Positions 13,125-28,010 are shown, numbered from the stretch's first letter. The stretch is 64,000 nt of DNA from Octopus bimaculoides (GCF_001194135.2 NC_068990.1:61004293-61068292), one strand, 5' to 3'. The notes: a model not told the origin generated them from the sequence alone. Numbers and translations: made by a program.

Positions 13125-13335
13125 CCAAAACTAACCTCGCCTGTGCTGGTACTATGTAAAAAGCACTCACCTCACTTTGAGGGGTGGTTGGTGTAATGAA
13201 GGGCATCAAGTTGTAAAAATCATACCAAAACAGACACAGAAGTATAGTGCAGTCTTCTATCTGGCAAGCTCCTGTCAAACAATCTAACCGATGCCAGCAT
13301 GGAAGGCAGACATTAAACGATGATGATGATGATAC
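13125..13335 (+). mobile_element. SINE/LINE-tail family D, ending in (GAT)n
   Basis: ...GCCAGCATGGAAGGCAGACATTAAACGATGATGAT; related copies at ~4280-4400, 5420-5600, 13610-13735, 21410-21620, 27700-27960, 46020-46240 in either orientation. Confidence 0.8.
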
Positions 13336-14511
13336 ATATATCTTTCTGCATGTGTCTTTGTGTCCTCACCACCACCTCTTGACAACTGATGCTGGTGTTT
13401 TTACATACTGGTAAATTAGCAGTTCAGCAAAGGCAACTAATAAAATAAGCAGCACTCTTAAAAAAAAAGCAAAAATAAGTACTGGACGGGATGCAATTCA
13501 TGCAATTAAAAATCCTTCAAGGTGGTGCAACATTATGGTCACAGTCTAATGAGTGAAACAAGTAAAAAATAAAAGATTGTAAAAGATTATAAAATATTAT
13601 ATCTATTCATCATCATCATCGTTTAACGTCCGCTTTCCATGCTAGCATGGGTTGGACGATTTGACTGAGGACTGGTGAAACCGGATGGCAACACCAGGCT
13701 CCAGTCTGATTTGGCAGCCTGGTGTTGCCAGTTATTGCTCATTGAAAATATTTATCATATAGATAAAAGAGCTGTTTAGTGATACTAGTATACACTTTGA
13801 AATCAAATGAAGTATTAAATCTAATATTTTTACCTTTTCTATTTTCTTTTTATTGGAATATTGTAATTCATGTATTTACTCTTAACCTTAAAACACGTTC
13901 ATTTAGAAAGACCATTTTATAGAATTAAGGTGTATCAGATGAACTACTAGATAACTTGTACAATAGCATTTTTCACTGAATTATTTATTATATCATGCAG
14001 ATAGTTTGAAGCCATATTTATATACTATAATGTTCCATTTAACTTTATAAATGTGCAATATTTATTGGGTTCTAAATTTCATGTTATATGTAAAAAAATT
14101 ATCAATCTGTAAATTTGTTTTAACAGTAATCGTGAGGTGAAAATCTTCAAATAACTCAGAATGGAATTTTATTTGAAACTCTCTTACTGTTAGTCATTCA
14201 TGTTGCATGTAATAAGGACTCTTTTTTAACTATGTAAATTTCACTGTAAATAGTTGACCTTATGGAAAATGATTAGGATAAGTACTTATCAAAAGAATTA
14301 GCAACTTATTTATTTACACAGTGTTATCAAGAGGAAGGAGTGAATCCACATGCATGATTATTTTCATAATGAAATTGGTTGTTATCAAAGGGTAATAGTC
14401 AATGATATCAAACTGGGTTAATTTATAAAGGTGCTTATTTATAAATACTGATTAACCAATAAGAATCAGGCAAACTGATGTGTGCATCATTTGTAACATG
14501 TGCATCTTAAA

Positions 14512-14849
14512 CAGTGGTTCTCAGTTGGTGTCCATATGATCTCTGAGGGTCCATATAAGATTTCTGTAACAAAATAGTAAATTGGGGATCTGCAATAGTA
14601 TTTTAAGGGCCCCTGAAAAAAATTTGTTCTAGATGTATGTATTGGTATGTATTATGAGAAACAGCTAGGATTTTTCTCTGACACTTTACATAGTTCAACC
14701 TACACAAATCATTGTGTGAAAAACAAAATAGGAATTTTGAAAGCAGTTTCTATAAAACTAGTTTTTAACACTGAATGGTTATAAAGGTCCACCAGATTGA
14801 AAGAGTTATCAAAGGGGTCCATAGATAAAAAAATAGTTGAGAACCCCTG
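14512..14849. mobile_element. hAT (Charlie-like) MITE
   Basis: TIRs CAGTGGTTCTCAG / GTTGAGAACCCCTG; the 8-bp TSD is degraded. Confidence 0.7.
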
Positions 14850-15457
14850 TTCTAAGCAACAACCTGGAACAGTTCTTATTGTGGGATTTGGTCTTAGAAA
14901 ACAACTTTTCCCTATGAACTCTACACCTTTAAAATAGAACATACTTCAAACTATGTCAACATGATGTACTCAGCAAAATTTCACTTCTTTAAAGACAGAC
15001 ATCACTTCAGTCATTCAGAACTAGCTAAGAACTTTTGCTCTTATGAATATATTCAAACAACAAAAATCAAAATAATGGTGTGGATATCATTTATAACATG
15101 CTTGTGTACACTCAAACATGGAATGGTACATAATGTAGAATTTCATCACAGAACACCAGAGCCTGACTGTCATTTGATCCAGATTGTGTTTTTTTCACAA
15201 AGTTTCTCAGAAGTTGTTCTTTGAGAATAAATATCACCGTAAGTACCATTGTACCTTTGTGTGTAACACAAACATGTTATAAATTATATACATATCATTA
15301 TTTTATATCTCTGCTGTTTCAAGTGTGTATACTGATTAAAAATGAGAAATGCAGTCATTCCATTAAATTAAATCAGTTTTTAGTTTAATTTTGAGACTCA
15401 GATACTTTTACACTGTCTAAGATATATGTTAGCAACAGAAGCAGTATTAATACTGAG

Positions 15458-15705
15458 AGGTAATATTTATCCTCACTTAATTGTGGATGTTAGAATAAAC
15501 TATATTGCAGAAGTTACCATGAGAGAAACTCTCCTATTGGTTTTTCGGTGCAGAATGCACTCTATGAAAAGCACAATGCAAAATGCACTTCTTTCAGTTC
15601 ATTTTGCACCCAAAAAAGCAATATGAGAGTTTCTCTCATGATAACTACTGCAGTATAGCTTGTTCTAATAGAACAGTCACGATTGAGTGGGGATAGACGT
15701 TACCT
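15458..15705. mobile_element. MITE with ~75-bp TIRs, abutting the PLE N-terminal fragment
   Basis: Left arm GTAATATTTATCCTCAC...CATGAGAGAAACTCTC mirrors right arm GAGAGTTTCTCTCATG...GTGGGGATAGACGTTAC. Confidence 0.75.
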
Positions 15706-16280
15706 GTCTAAGATACTTTTACTCACTATATCCAATTCAATTTCATTTACATTAATTAACCTACAAGGTGAATTATGAATAAAATTTTGATTATAGTGCT
15801 TAAAATAAAGATTTCATAAAGCTAAACATTCAACTCTTAACTTTTTCTAAATTGATAGCCATTTGCTTATCTTCTAGATTAATAGAATTAAATATACTAT
15901 CGTTTTAAGTATCGGTAGTCTCTGATATTTTCCTATGAAATTCTGATTTTGTCCAAGAAGACAAAAATGTTTCTGGAATGTTGGAAGGTTTTTGAATTGT
16001 TCTTTAAAGACTTGCTGAAATCATTTAATCATACTTTTGTATCTCAGTATCCTAATTAAGTAGAAAAGTTCCGCTTCAAAACGTTCCAATAGCATCTTTT
16101 TCTGGTGGACATTTCTGGGTCGTAAAACTGAACTTGTTGATGAGAGTAGGCAAATCATGATCATATTTAATGAAGAAGACTTTCCACTACATTCTCTTTA
16201 CAAATTTATCAATCTTTTGGATTAGCCTTTCAATATACTGTTTCCTTGAATGAATGGCTATATTCTTTATTGAGAAGTTC
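15706..16280 (-). mobile_element. Decayed Penelope-like element N-terminal/pre-RT region
   Basis: Minus-strand translation NFSIKNIAIHS...LIQKIDKFVKRM*WKVFF...FTTQKCPP...NFIHNSPCRLINVNE...VSKSILDR matches PLE N-terminal motifs (SLKNIP, FIKRMRWKAFF, CRLINP). Confidence 0.8.
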
Positions 16281-17730
16281 AACTGATGTTGATTTATAAT
16301 TCAGCTAATGATTCAGTGTCTAAAGATTATATCAAGTTGATTGAAAATCATTTTGAATAAAGATATAATCACAACACATACACTAGTCATATAATCACTA
16401 TATATACACTAAAATGGTTTCTGACAACAATTTCATCAAAACATTTCTGGTTTCTAAAAACAATAATAATTACTTGGAGGATATTACAACAAGCCAAGCC
16501 TTACATAAAGGGTAGTGACGATTTGTGGCTTTCAGATTTCTGAAAAAAAAAAAAAAAAAAAAAGAAATTTCACAGTTAGCTACATACAAATTTCTTATTA
16601 GGAACCACAACTAAAAATTTTTATTAATTCTTCAAAATCCCAAGGTGGTGCACTGGCAGAATTGTTATCATGCCAGGCAAAATGCTTAGCAGTCTTTTAT
16701 CTGTCTTTACATTCTGAGTTCAAATTCTGCTGAGGTTAACTTTGCACTTCATCCTTTCAGAGTCAATAAAATAAGTTCCTGTGAAGCATTGAGATCAGTG
16801 TAATCATCTTAAACCTCCCCCAAAACTTGCTGGCCTTGTGCCAAAATTTGAAACCAATATTTCAAAATGGCTAAATACTAGACATCATTCTACCAAACTG
16901 TTAAATATTTGAAAGAAATAAGAGGGTTTCTTTTGATTTACATGTGTTGCATATTTCATGGCTATCTAACTTATACATAAATATGATATCAGCTTCTTAT
17001 TTTTTAGTATTATTCGAGAAACACTAATGTGAAATAAGAGTTGAAATTTGTGATGTTACATTCTGAGACACTATTTTCGTTATCACCACGGAAAATATGA
17101 AAGGTGAAACTGACTTCAGCAGGATTTGAAGTCTAAAACATTAGAGAAATACCATTGTATAGAAGGAATACTTCAATGACTCTGCCAATTGAGTATACAT
17201 ACATACATACATACATGCTTGCATATATGCATACATGCAGGCATACATACATACATACATACATACATGCATACATAATATAGACATTTATAACTCACAC
17301 TTTTTCTTTTAAAATACAATTATGGCTGTAATGTTTGTGTGTGTGTTTTTTTAAACATATTGTGGAAATTCTATTTAAATATTTCCCAAGCAGGCCAGCA
17401 GTTGATAAAATTAATCACTCCAAACTGATTGTAGTTAAATATATATTCTTACTATAAATCCAATTATCTGCTTTGTATGATTTTCATAAATGCGGTACAA
17501 ATGATTTACCATCTGAAAGTTTTTGAATATCTTCTGAAAGACATGACTTTGTGGAGAAAATACATGGAAATGGGTTAACTACACCTTTTATAATTGAATG
17601 ATTTATTTTAAGGATGAGTTACAGTGTTAAAATCACTTTCTCTGAGAATTTCACATAGATATTCATTAAGAATTTTACACAGATCATTTATAAAGCTCTG
17701 CAATCAGTTTTCATATAGAAAATTACATAA

Positions 17731-17949
17731 ATAGGTGCAGGTGTGGGTGTGTGGTAAGACGTTTGCTTCCCAACTACATGATTCTGGGTTCAGTCCTACT
17801 ATGTGGACTTTGAGCAAGTGTCGTCTACTATAGCCTTGGGCTGACCAAAGTGGATTTGGTGACTGGAAACTGAAAGAAGCCCATTGTGTGTATGTGTACA
17901 TACATACATACATACATACATACATACATACATACATACATTCATACAT

Positions 17950-17991
<42 letters not shown>

Positions 17992-18435
17992 TTATATATA
18001 TATATACATATATATNNNNNNNNNNNNNNNNNNNNNNNNNNNNNNNNNNNNNNNNNNNNNNNNNNNNNNNNNNNNNNNNNNNNNNNNNNNNNNNNNNNNN
18101 NNNNNNNNNNNNNNNNNNNNNNNNNNNNNNNNNNNNNNNNNNNNNNNNNNNNNNNNNNNNNNTATATATATATATATATATATATGTATGAATATATATG
18201 TATATCCATATATATTTATATATAGCTATGTGTGTGTCTTCATGTCTGTTTTTGTACCTCACCACTGCTTGACAACAAGCGTTGGTTTGTTTATGTCGCC
18301 ATAACTTAGCAGTTCAGTAAAAGAGACCAACAGAATAAGTACCAGGCTTAAAAAGAAAAAAGAAAACAGTACTAAAATTTCTTCAAGGTGGTACCCTAGA
18401 ATGGCTGCAGTCTAATGACTGAAACAAGTGACAGA
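17731..18435 (+). mobile_element. SINE family C with assembly gap in its internal microsatellite
   Basis: 5' tRNA-like head with ...GCAAGTG motif, internal (TACA)/(CA)/(TA) tract plus N-run, 3' half ending GACTGAAACAAGT. Confidence 0.85.
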
Positions 18436-19502
18436 CAAATGATAAATGCTAACAGATACAAATGTCACAACAACAACAACAACAAAAGGATAACAAATCG
18501 AATTCCAATCATCTGCTGAGTTTCACTAATATAGTATAGGGACTGTATTTTTTTACTGTACATTAATGAAAAATGACAGGTTTTATATTGATTGATTCCT
18601 CTTGTCAATGAAGGTTTATAATCCATCACCTTACTTCATTCAATAATCGCATAAAAAAAAAAAATTAGAGATTGTATGGGTGTCTGTGATCATTTAATAC
18701 ATACCTCACAGTATCTATTCCCAATTATCAGACATCTCATCAGCTCACAAATTCATCATTGCTGAAAGACTCTCACGTTTGAAACTTAGCTGTTTCTCTC
18801 TTTCACTGAAGGAAATACTATATTATAAATTGCTGAAAACTAGCAGGGAAATAAAATAGATGATTAGGTAAAGTCAAGTATTTTCAGATGCAGACAAGTC
18901 ATTTAAAGTTGATAGCCTTTCAGCTACAGGAACACTTTTAATATGGCAAAACAGCTGATAATTCTCAGATCAGTTGTATGCATTGCACAATGGTTGAAAA
19001 CGTCATGTTACAGTTTAGACATACGTAGTTGGTCAAGCATAAATTTGCAGATAGAATATTAATTTGATACTCCCAGCTGTTAACTCATCTCCAATTGGTT
19101 TACCTCTACTGATTTGCTGATTGTACAGAAATATAATGTCTAATATTCTATTCAATCTAAGTGATCACATCTATGCAGGAAACGTGAATAATAAGAAGGA
19201 AAGACATAGTAAAAGAAAGATATAGTAAACTACAAAAACATATAAACTTAAAAGGAATTTTTATTATTAAGCTGCTGTATCTAAGGGTAAAAAAATGGCT
19301 TGTAGAAAACACATTTCAGAACTGACTGTACCAGCATATGAGCCATTTCAAATGCCTTCACAAAGAAAACATTATCTCCCTCTCAAAGTTATTTTTCAAA
19401 AGAAAGATAGGGGTGAGTTTACCCAGATGGTGTAATCTATCTTAGGCAAAGCCACCCTGAATAATATCTAAAAACTTTGCAATTTATGTTTGACTGAGAA
19501 GT

Positions 19503-19888
19503 TGTTGCTGGCACTCCGTCGCTTATGACGTCGAGTGTTCCAGTTGATCCGATCAACAGAACAGCTTGCTCTTGAAATTAACGTGCAAGTGGCTGAGCAC
19601 TCCACAGACACGTGTACCCTTAACGTAGTTCTCGGGGATATTCAGCATGACACAGTGTGACAAGGCTGACCCTTTGAATTACAGGCACAACAGAAACAGG
19701 AAGTAAGAGTGAGAGAAAGTTGTGGTGGAAGAGTACAGCAGGGTTCGCCACCCATCCCCTGCCAGAGCCTCGTGGAGCTTTAGGTGTTTTCACTCAATAA
19801 ACACTCACAACGCCCAGTCTGGGAATCGAAACCGTGATCCTACGACCGCGAGTCTGCTGCCCTAACCACTGGGCCATTGCGCCTCCAC
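19503..19888 (-). mobile_element. SINE family A, full-length copy with 11-bp TSD
   Basis: Reverse complement of 639-1028; TSD GACTGAGAAGT at 19492-19502 and 19889-19899. Confidence 0.92.
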
Positions 19889-20489
19889 GACTGAGAAGTA
19901 TGATACTATGAATCACCACATCACACCTGAAAGAGCTAATGTTTACTTGCAAGCTAAGTTTTTGCTCTTTCAGGGAGCCAAAACATCAGAGTATGGAAGA
20001 AACTATTTTTAATAGAGGTATTGAATATTTCTGGTTTAATTGCAAATTTTGGATTCTTATGAAGTATTGATTTTATTTTTGCAATTGATCATTTTCTTCC
20101 TTTAATTAAAAAAAAGGGTATATTTTGAACTTTCAATTTGCACAAGCATCTTGATATTCACTGCATTGAATATTTCTTAGAGACAAATCCTTAATTTGGT
20201 TGGTTATGCACTCTAAACCGATATATTCCTTTTGATCCTTTTTGGCCAATATGATCCTTATGGCATTATGGGAATATGATACAGTAAATGATACATATTT
20301 GCATTCACCATTGATTTCTTTCTCTTCTTGAATCTTTTGGTTTTGCTCTGTTCGATCATTTGAAGGGTCAATTCGTTCAACTAAAAATTCTTCAAGGCAG
20401 TGCCACAGCATGGCTGCAGTCTAATGACTGAAACAAGTAAAATATAAAAGATAAAATACATATTTTTTAATCTATTTTCATTACCTATT

Positions 20490-20703
20490 TCAGTTGTTAG
20501 TCAATGCAGTGCCCCAGCATGGGCTGGGGCACTGCATTGATGAATTTTTAGTTGAATGAATTGACCCCAGTACTTAATCGTTTTACTAAGCCTGGTACTT
20601 ATTAAAGGGGTCTTTTTTGCTGAACTGCTAAGTTACAGGGATGTGAACACCACAACACCAATTGTCACGCAGTCATGGGAGACAAACAGATATAAAGGCA
20701 CGT

Positions 20704-20736
<33 letters not shown>

Positions 20737-20908
20737 CACAGACATATATATGTGATGAGCTTCTTCCAGTTTCCATCAACCAAATCCATTCACAAAGCTT
20801 CGGTAAGCCAGAGCTTATAGTAGAAGACACTTGTCTAAAGTGCCATGCAGTAGGACTGAATCCAGAGCCACAATGTTAGGAAGCATATTTCTTGCCACAT
20901 GGCCACTA
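20490..20908 (-). mobile_element. SINE family C, full-length, tail-to-tail with another family C 3' end at 20365-20460
   Basis: Reverse complement of the family C consensus as seen at 53763-54186. Confidence 0.85.
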
Positions 20909-22126
20909 CACACACAGACACACACACACACATACACGTGTATACATGCACCTTCGTTTTAGGATCACCACTACTTTTTATCTCCCCTTCTTCATAGCTC
21001 TCCTGTGTGACCTCTCTGTCTAGCATTCGCCATGATAGATCGCTAGCCACTACACATTCTTTATTTTCTCTCCTTGTTTCTTTCTGTGTTCCTTTCTGTG
21101 GAAGAGCATAGGCTCAAAATGTTAAAGACTTTTTCACTTCCTGAGCGTTAAACTAATACATCTGTTTGTTGTCTACAACACCTGTCTTTGTCTTTTTTTT
21201 TTTTTTTTTTTTNNNNNNNNNNNNNNNNNNNNNNNNNNNNNNNNNNNNNNNNNNNNNNNNNNNNNNNNNNNNTTTTTGTGAATTCTCCCTATATATATGT
21301 ATAAATACAAATTCTCCCTATATATATGTATAAATACATACATTTGAAATGGCCAGCTCTGCCTCAGAGAGAAACTACATATACTGCAGCAGCCTGCAAT
21401 GTCCATCATCATCATCATCATCATCATTATCATTATCATTATTATTTAACGTCTATACTCTATGCTGGCATATGTCAAACAGTTTCACAGATGTTGGCCA
21501 GCCGGTGAGCTGTTCAAACTCCAATCAATTGTCTGTTGTAGTACAGTTTCTGTGGCTAGATGCCCTTCCTAATGCCAACCTCTTTACAGACTATGCTGGA
21601 TGCTTTTTACATACTACTAGCAAGGGAGAATGCATGCAGCATCAGCACAAGTGAAATTTCCATAGCACCAGCCTTTAAGGAAATTGTTATATTCCATCGT
21701 TGCCACTAATGATATACTCACTCAGGCCATTGAGTATTTGTATTCAAAGAAAATCACCTTTATCCTGACTGGTTCAGGTGCAACTGCAAAACGAAAAAAT
21801 CCCTGTTTGCTATACAAAACGTCTCTATTTGATGTCACTGAATCGTTAAACCCTACAGATTGCCAACTGCCTGATACCAATAGACTATCTTTTCTATCAC
21901 ATAGAATCATAGCACTGCTGCTTTATCATATTATACATGTGAACTCAATGGGTCAATAGAAGCCTAAATATTCTTATCGAGAAGCCATCTTTAAACTCTC
22001 TTTAGTAAGACTCCATATATCTGAAGATGTAAGCACATCTTTACACCATGTGGTTACGAAGCATGTTTCTTACCATACAGCCACTACATACATACATACA
22101 TACATATAGAGAGAAATGTGTGTGTG

Positions 22127-22170
<44 letters not shown>

Positions 22171-22921
22171 TTGAGGGTGTATGGCTTACTGATTTGGGAG
22201 TTGCATTCATGATAGTGAGATTATGATATTAGTTCCTGGACCAGGTGGTCTTGAATAAAACACTTCATTTCACATTGTTCTCTGATCATGTGCACCTGTT
22301 CAGGCAATGTGGATTTGATGGAGACAATGAGCTAATGTGCAGCACATTCTTTTGATCATTATAAACAAATTGTTTGTGCAGGTTGTTCAGTAAGAAATTG
22401 CAGGACTGTCTTTCTTAGACTACAAGAGACAACCATTATATCATATGTGTGTGAGCATCACTCATTAATTTATTTTACTATTTTTACCTTTACTAGCATT
22501 AGATAAATGAATACATAGCATAGAGGAATTATTTTCCAGTGTAACATCCTTCCCATCACTGAACCTTATGTGATTTTCAAATAAGGATATTTTATTCCAC
22601 TCAACTTTGAAAGTATAGAGCTTGAAGGCAATTTCTTTTTAACAGGGTATCTCAACAAACATTACTATTTTCAGCTCAAAGCTTTCATACAAAGACGCAG
22701 AATATACATGTAAGTTTTATTTTATGTGCATATTCGTATGGATGTATATGTGTGTGTATGTAGAAGTAATATTATTTATTTTTGAGGTTTCCAAAATATT
22801 TCTGCCTCATGGCATCATCTGCGAATATTCAAATTGCATGTATGTATGTATGTATGTATGTATGTATGTATGTATGTATGTATGTATGTATGTAGGTAGG
22901 TATATATCCATCTCTATTTAA

Positions 22922-23031
<110 letters not shown>

Positions 23032-25019
23032 ACATGCAAACACACGCACATGCACACATACACACACACTTCTCTTTATACTTTCATATCGTACTGTATC
23101 TCGAATGGAAAATGACATTAAATCAAACTCATAGAGTGATTCTCTACAGGAGACACACATCCTGCTATGACAGCATGAAACCTCAAATATTTATAGGTGG
23201 TCCTGACAGTCACAACAGCAGTGTCACTAATGATGACAACACTGATGATGACAATGATGATGATGATTTTTAATATATTCTTCAATCCACTTTTCAATTG
23301 CTTCACTTGTAAGTTACTAAAGAGATCCTAATTTCTGTAGGTGACAGAATCTTTCTTTTGATAGAGTCTGTAGCATCTTGAATAAAGGCACAGCAACATG
23401 TGTAATGGAGGAACTTTGAATTAAATAGTCTGTCTACCAGAACAATTCAAACTTACATTCAGTTTATAATTATTTAAACAATTTTCTTTCATTAAATACT
23501 TTAATTCATTTTTTTTTTCTTTTTCTTTGCATTGAATGTTTTATATTTCATTTTATTGTAGCTTAATAGTTACCGTAAAATTAAAATTATTCTGATGTGA
23601 CATTGCTATTACTTACAATACAGTAAAAAAAGAAATCCAAAATCCCCCCCCACCAAAAAAAAAAAACAATAAAAAACAAACAAACACAAAACAAATTTAA
23701 GATTAGAATAACCAAAATCTTTATTGAAAATTCTTAAAATTTATTCATGTCTACAGACATAGAATGTGGTATGATATTATTGTTGAATTCAATTTAAAGT
23801 CATTTTAAACTATGTTCTAGTAGCAGAGGTCTAAGTAAAGACAGACTGTTACAATGAGAAGAACTAATGTTGAATATCAGAGGTCTGACTGTAAAGATGA
23901 ACTGTGAAGAAGCATACTATAAACATTATAGACTAAAAAATAAAATAGTCACAGTTGAAAAAGCAATTACACTTGGATGCTGGAAGTGATGAAATTAGCT
24001 TAGAGAGTGAAAACACCCACAGGGAAAAAATAAATCCAAATTTGAAATTATTTTGCAAATGGTGATTACTTTTAAGTAGAAATAGAAATTGTAGCTTAGT
24101 CTAATGTTTTCCATTTTCGTTTTTTGTTTTTGTTCTTTTTTTAAATTTTTTTTCTATCATTATTATTTTATTCTGAATAAGTTAATTTTCTTTCTCTTGT
24201 CAGTTGCAAGTGCGATGGAGCAATCAGAAATGCGTAGTTGATATTACTAAAGACTGTATGATATCACAAATAGAAACCGTTTAATAAACATGTGACCAAT
24301 CACAGCCAGAAAATTGCCAACTTTCTAATGAAAAGCAAATTAAAATTACCTATACGGGAAAAGGAGTCTGGATAAATTTATATGATTTATTAATGTTTTA
24401 GTTTAATGGAAAGCTTAATAGTTTTGCAGTGTATTAAGGTGGTGTATTGTGATAAAAATGGGAATATTTCCTGACAGTAAACTTGATATGCTTATTGCTG
24501 GAGTTGAACCAAATTATTGCTGAGACATATCAGTTTGAGATTGATGATAAAGGAAAAAAGAAAAAGGTAAGGAAGAGGGAAAAACAAAACAGAACATGGT
24601 TGATAAATTATTTGCCATCAAAATGTTATTTACCAGTAAATAACTCATGTAAACAGCTAATAGAGCTTATATTTCAATCCACGAAGTATTATAGGACCAA
24701 ACAAATTATACAAAAGCATAGTGAAAACATTTAAGAGCATAAGATCTAATCTATTGGCTATTAAATGGAGAAATGGGTTTAAATCTGTTGATAAGTGGCA
24801 TAAAATTGGAGAAAAACCTACTTCTAAACAAAACAATTGCCTTTAAGTTACCAGGAAGATGTGGAGTAGAGATGATTAAATTTGAATTCAAATATTGAAG
24901 AAAACACTTTTTGAAACATTGAGATTGTAGAATTATAGCTAGATTGATAGAAACTTTGGTTTAAAATAATAATAATAATAATAACAACAACAACAACAAC
25001 AATAATGATGATGATGATG

Positions 25020-25052
<33 letters not shown>

Positions 25053-26560
25053 GTGATGATAATAATAGGTATACAGTGAAACATTGAAAGTAAACAATAA
25101 AACTGAATAAAATACTAAAATAAGGTTTAAGATGAAACTGGAATTTGCTAATGGAAAGTTTTTCAGAAAATAAAGAATAAGACAAGCAGTAAGCTATTGA
25201 TTTCATTCTGCTTTGGAACTGACTTCTTAACAGGAAATCCTTCAGCAAATGACCTTGCAGTTTAGTAAGCAGCTTTTCAATATAAGTTTCCAGTCTTGAA
25301 CTTAGATTTCTTCAGGTGTTAATGGCCCTGTTTTAGGGAGGGGAACATCAGTTGAAGTCTGAAGCTTATTGAGTTGATTGTTCCAATTTCAGCAGTCAAT
25401 TTTGAATGTTCTGGATGCATGTAGAAGAAAAAAAAAAAAGATCACCATGATAATGGCGAAGATATTAATGATCACAACAACAATGATGACGATGATCATG
25501 ATGATGATGGCGATGATGGTGATGATGATGGTTATAGCTGATGTAAGCTGGGGGAATACAAATTGCTGTACCGTGTTAGTAGAGGATATACATCTGGGTA
25601 CATTGAGGAAACTGAAGTGAGCTACTTCAGTTCACAAGTACTTTATTTTATCGATTCCAGAAGGATCGAAGGAAAAGTTAACCTTGGCAGGATTTGAACT
25701 CAGAGCATCAATAACTAAACACTAATGTCCTGACAGACAATTTCTAATATAGACACAGGGCCACAACAATGTGGGGGAGGAGTTTAGATGATTAAGTCAA
25801 CCCCAGTATTATCTGGAATTTAATTTTATCAATATCCTAAAGATGAAAGAAGGCTTTGAGCTGGCAGAATCATTAGCATGCCTGGCAAAATGCTTAGTGG
25901 CATTTCATCTGTCTTTACGTTCTGAGTTCAAATTCTGCCAAGGTCAGTTTTACCTTTCAACCTTTGTGGATTGATAAAACAAGTACCAGATGAGCACTGA
26001 AGTTGACATAATTGACTTACTCCCTCCCCCAACATTGCTGGCTTTGTGCAAAAATTTTAAACCAATATCCCAAGGATGAAATAAAGTAGCAAGTTAGCAG
26101 TATCACTAGAATGCCAGGCAAAATGCTTAGCAGCATCTCATCCATCTTACATTCTGAGTTCATATTCTGCCAAGGTTGACTTTACCTTTTAACCTTTCGG
26201 GGTCAATAAAATAAGTACCAGTTGAGCACTGGGAGGCAATGTAATTGACTGACTCTCCTCCCCCTAAATTGCTGGCCTTGTGTGAAAATTTGAAGCCAAT
26301 ATCCTATGGGCAAAAGCCAAAATTGATCTCAGTGAAATTTGAACTCAGAATGTTGAGAGATGGATACTTACAGTGTAATTATACAATGATAAAACAAAAT
26401 GTTAGATTCAAGATATAATCTTAGTGTTTTGAGAACAACAGTGTTAAAAGTGTTAATGTCTTTTGCAAGAGGGTGGCATGTTTGTGTTCATCGTGATCCT
26501 CCTCCTCCTCCTCCTCTTGCTTTAATGTCCATTTTTCCATACTTAAATTCTTCATGCAGA

Positions 26561-26639
<79 letters not shown>

Positions 26640-26986
26640 AACACACACACACACACATATATATATATAATGTAGATAGGGTTAAAATCCAAGTTGTTTC
26701 CTTTTGTGTGTGCGTGCATATGCATAGCTGTGTATGTATGTACACATTTTTATTATTTCTTTCTTCTTTTTTTTCTTTTTATTTGTTTCAGTCATTTGAC
26801 TGTGGCCATGCTGGAGCACCACCTTTAGTCGAACAAATCGATCCCAGGACTTATTCTTTGTAAGTCTAGTACTTATTCTATCAGTCTTTTGCTGAACTGC
26901 TAAGTTACAGGATGTAAATACACCAACATTGGTTGTCAAGTGATGGTGGGGGGACAAACACAGATACAGAAACATATATATATGTA

Positions 26987-27023
<37 letters not shown>

Positions 27024-27634
27024 NNNNNNNNNNNNNNNNNNNNNNNNNNNNNNNNNNNNNNNNNNNNNNNNNNNNNNNNNNNNNNNNNNNNNNNNNNNNN
27101 NNNNNNNNNNNNNNNNNNNNNNNNNNNNNNNNNNNNNNNNNNNNNNNNNNNNNNNNNNNNNNNNNNNNNNNNNNNNNNNNNNNNNNNNNNNNNNNNNNNN
27201 NNNNNNNNNNNNNNNNNNNNNNNNNNNNNNNNNNNNNNNNNNNNNNNNNNNNNNNNNNNNNNNNNNNNNNNNNNNNNNNNNNNNNNNNNNNNNNNNNNNN
27301 NNNNNNNNNNNNNNNNNNNNNNNNNNNNNNNNNNNNNNNNNNNNNNNNNNNNNNNNNNNNNNNNNNNNNNNNNNNNNNNNNNNNNNNNNNNNNNNNNNNN
27401 NNNNNNNNNNNNNNNNNNNNNNNNNNNNNNNNNNNNNNNNNNNNNNNNNNNNNNNNNNNNNNNNNNNNNNNNNNNNNNNNNNNNNNNNNNNNNNNNNNNN
27501 NNNNNNNNNNNNNNNNNNNNNNNNNNNNNNNNNNNNNNNNNNNNNNNNNNNNNNNNNNNNNNNNNNNNNNNNNNNNNNNNNNNNNNNNNNNNNNNNNNNN
27601 NNNNNNNNNNNNNNNNNNNNNNNNNNNNNNNNNN

Positions 27635-27665
<31 letters not shown>

Positions 27666-28010
27666 TCTTGCAGACCCTTGAATACATGCTCATCCCCTGC
27701 AACCCTCTCCACCTGAGCATCCCTAATCTTGCAGGCTCATAGTCACTGGTACCACATAAAAAGTACCTGTGCTGTTGCTGTGTAAAAGCACCCAGTACAC
27801 TCCGTAAAATTTTTGGCATTAGGAAGGGCATCCGACCATAGAAATCAAACCAAATCAGACTTGGAACCTGAGCAGCCCTTCAGCTGGTCAGCTCCTGCCA
27901 AACCATCCAATCCATGCCAGCATGAAAAACAGATGTAAAATGCTGCTGCTGCTGCTGCTGCTGCTGCTGATNNNNNNNNNNNNNNNNNNNNNNNNNNNNN
28001 NNNNNNNNNN

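Noticed and set aside
20133-20411. 92-aa minus-strand ORF with an exon-like AG/GT segment
   Set aside because: The acceptor and first codons derive from an antisense SINE C tail; no recognisable homology
26905-27831. Long ORFs spanning N-runs (also near 3.8, 7.6, 18, 37 and 61 kb)
   Set aside because: Their length comes from X residues and TA/TG repeats
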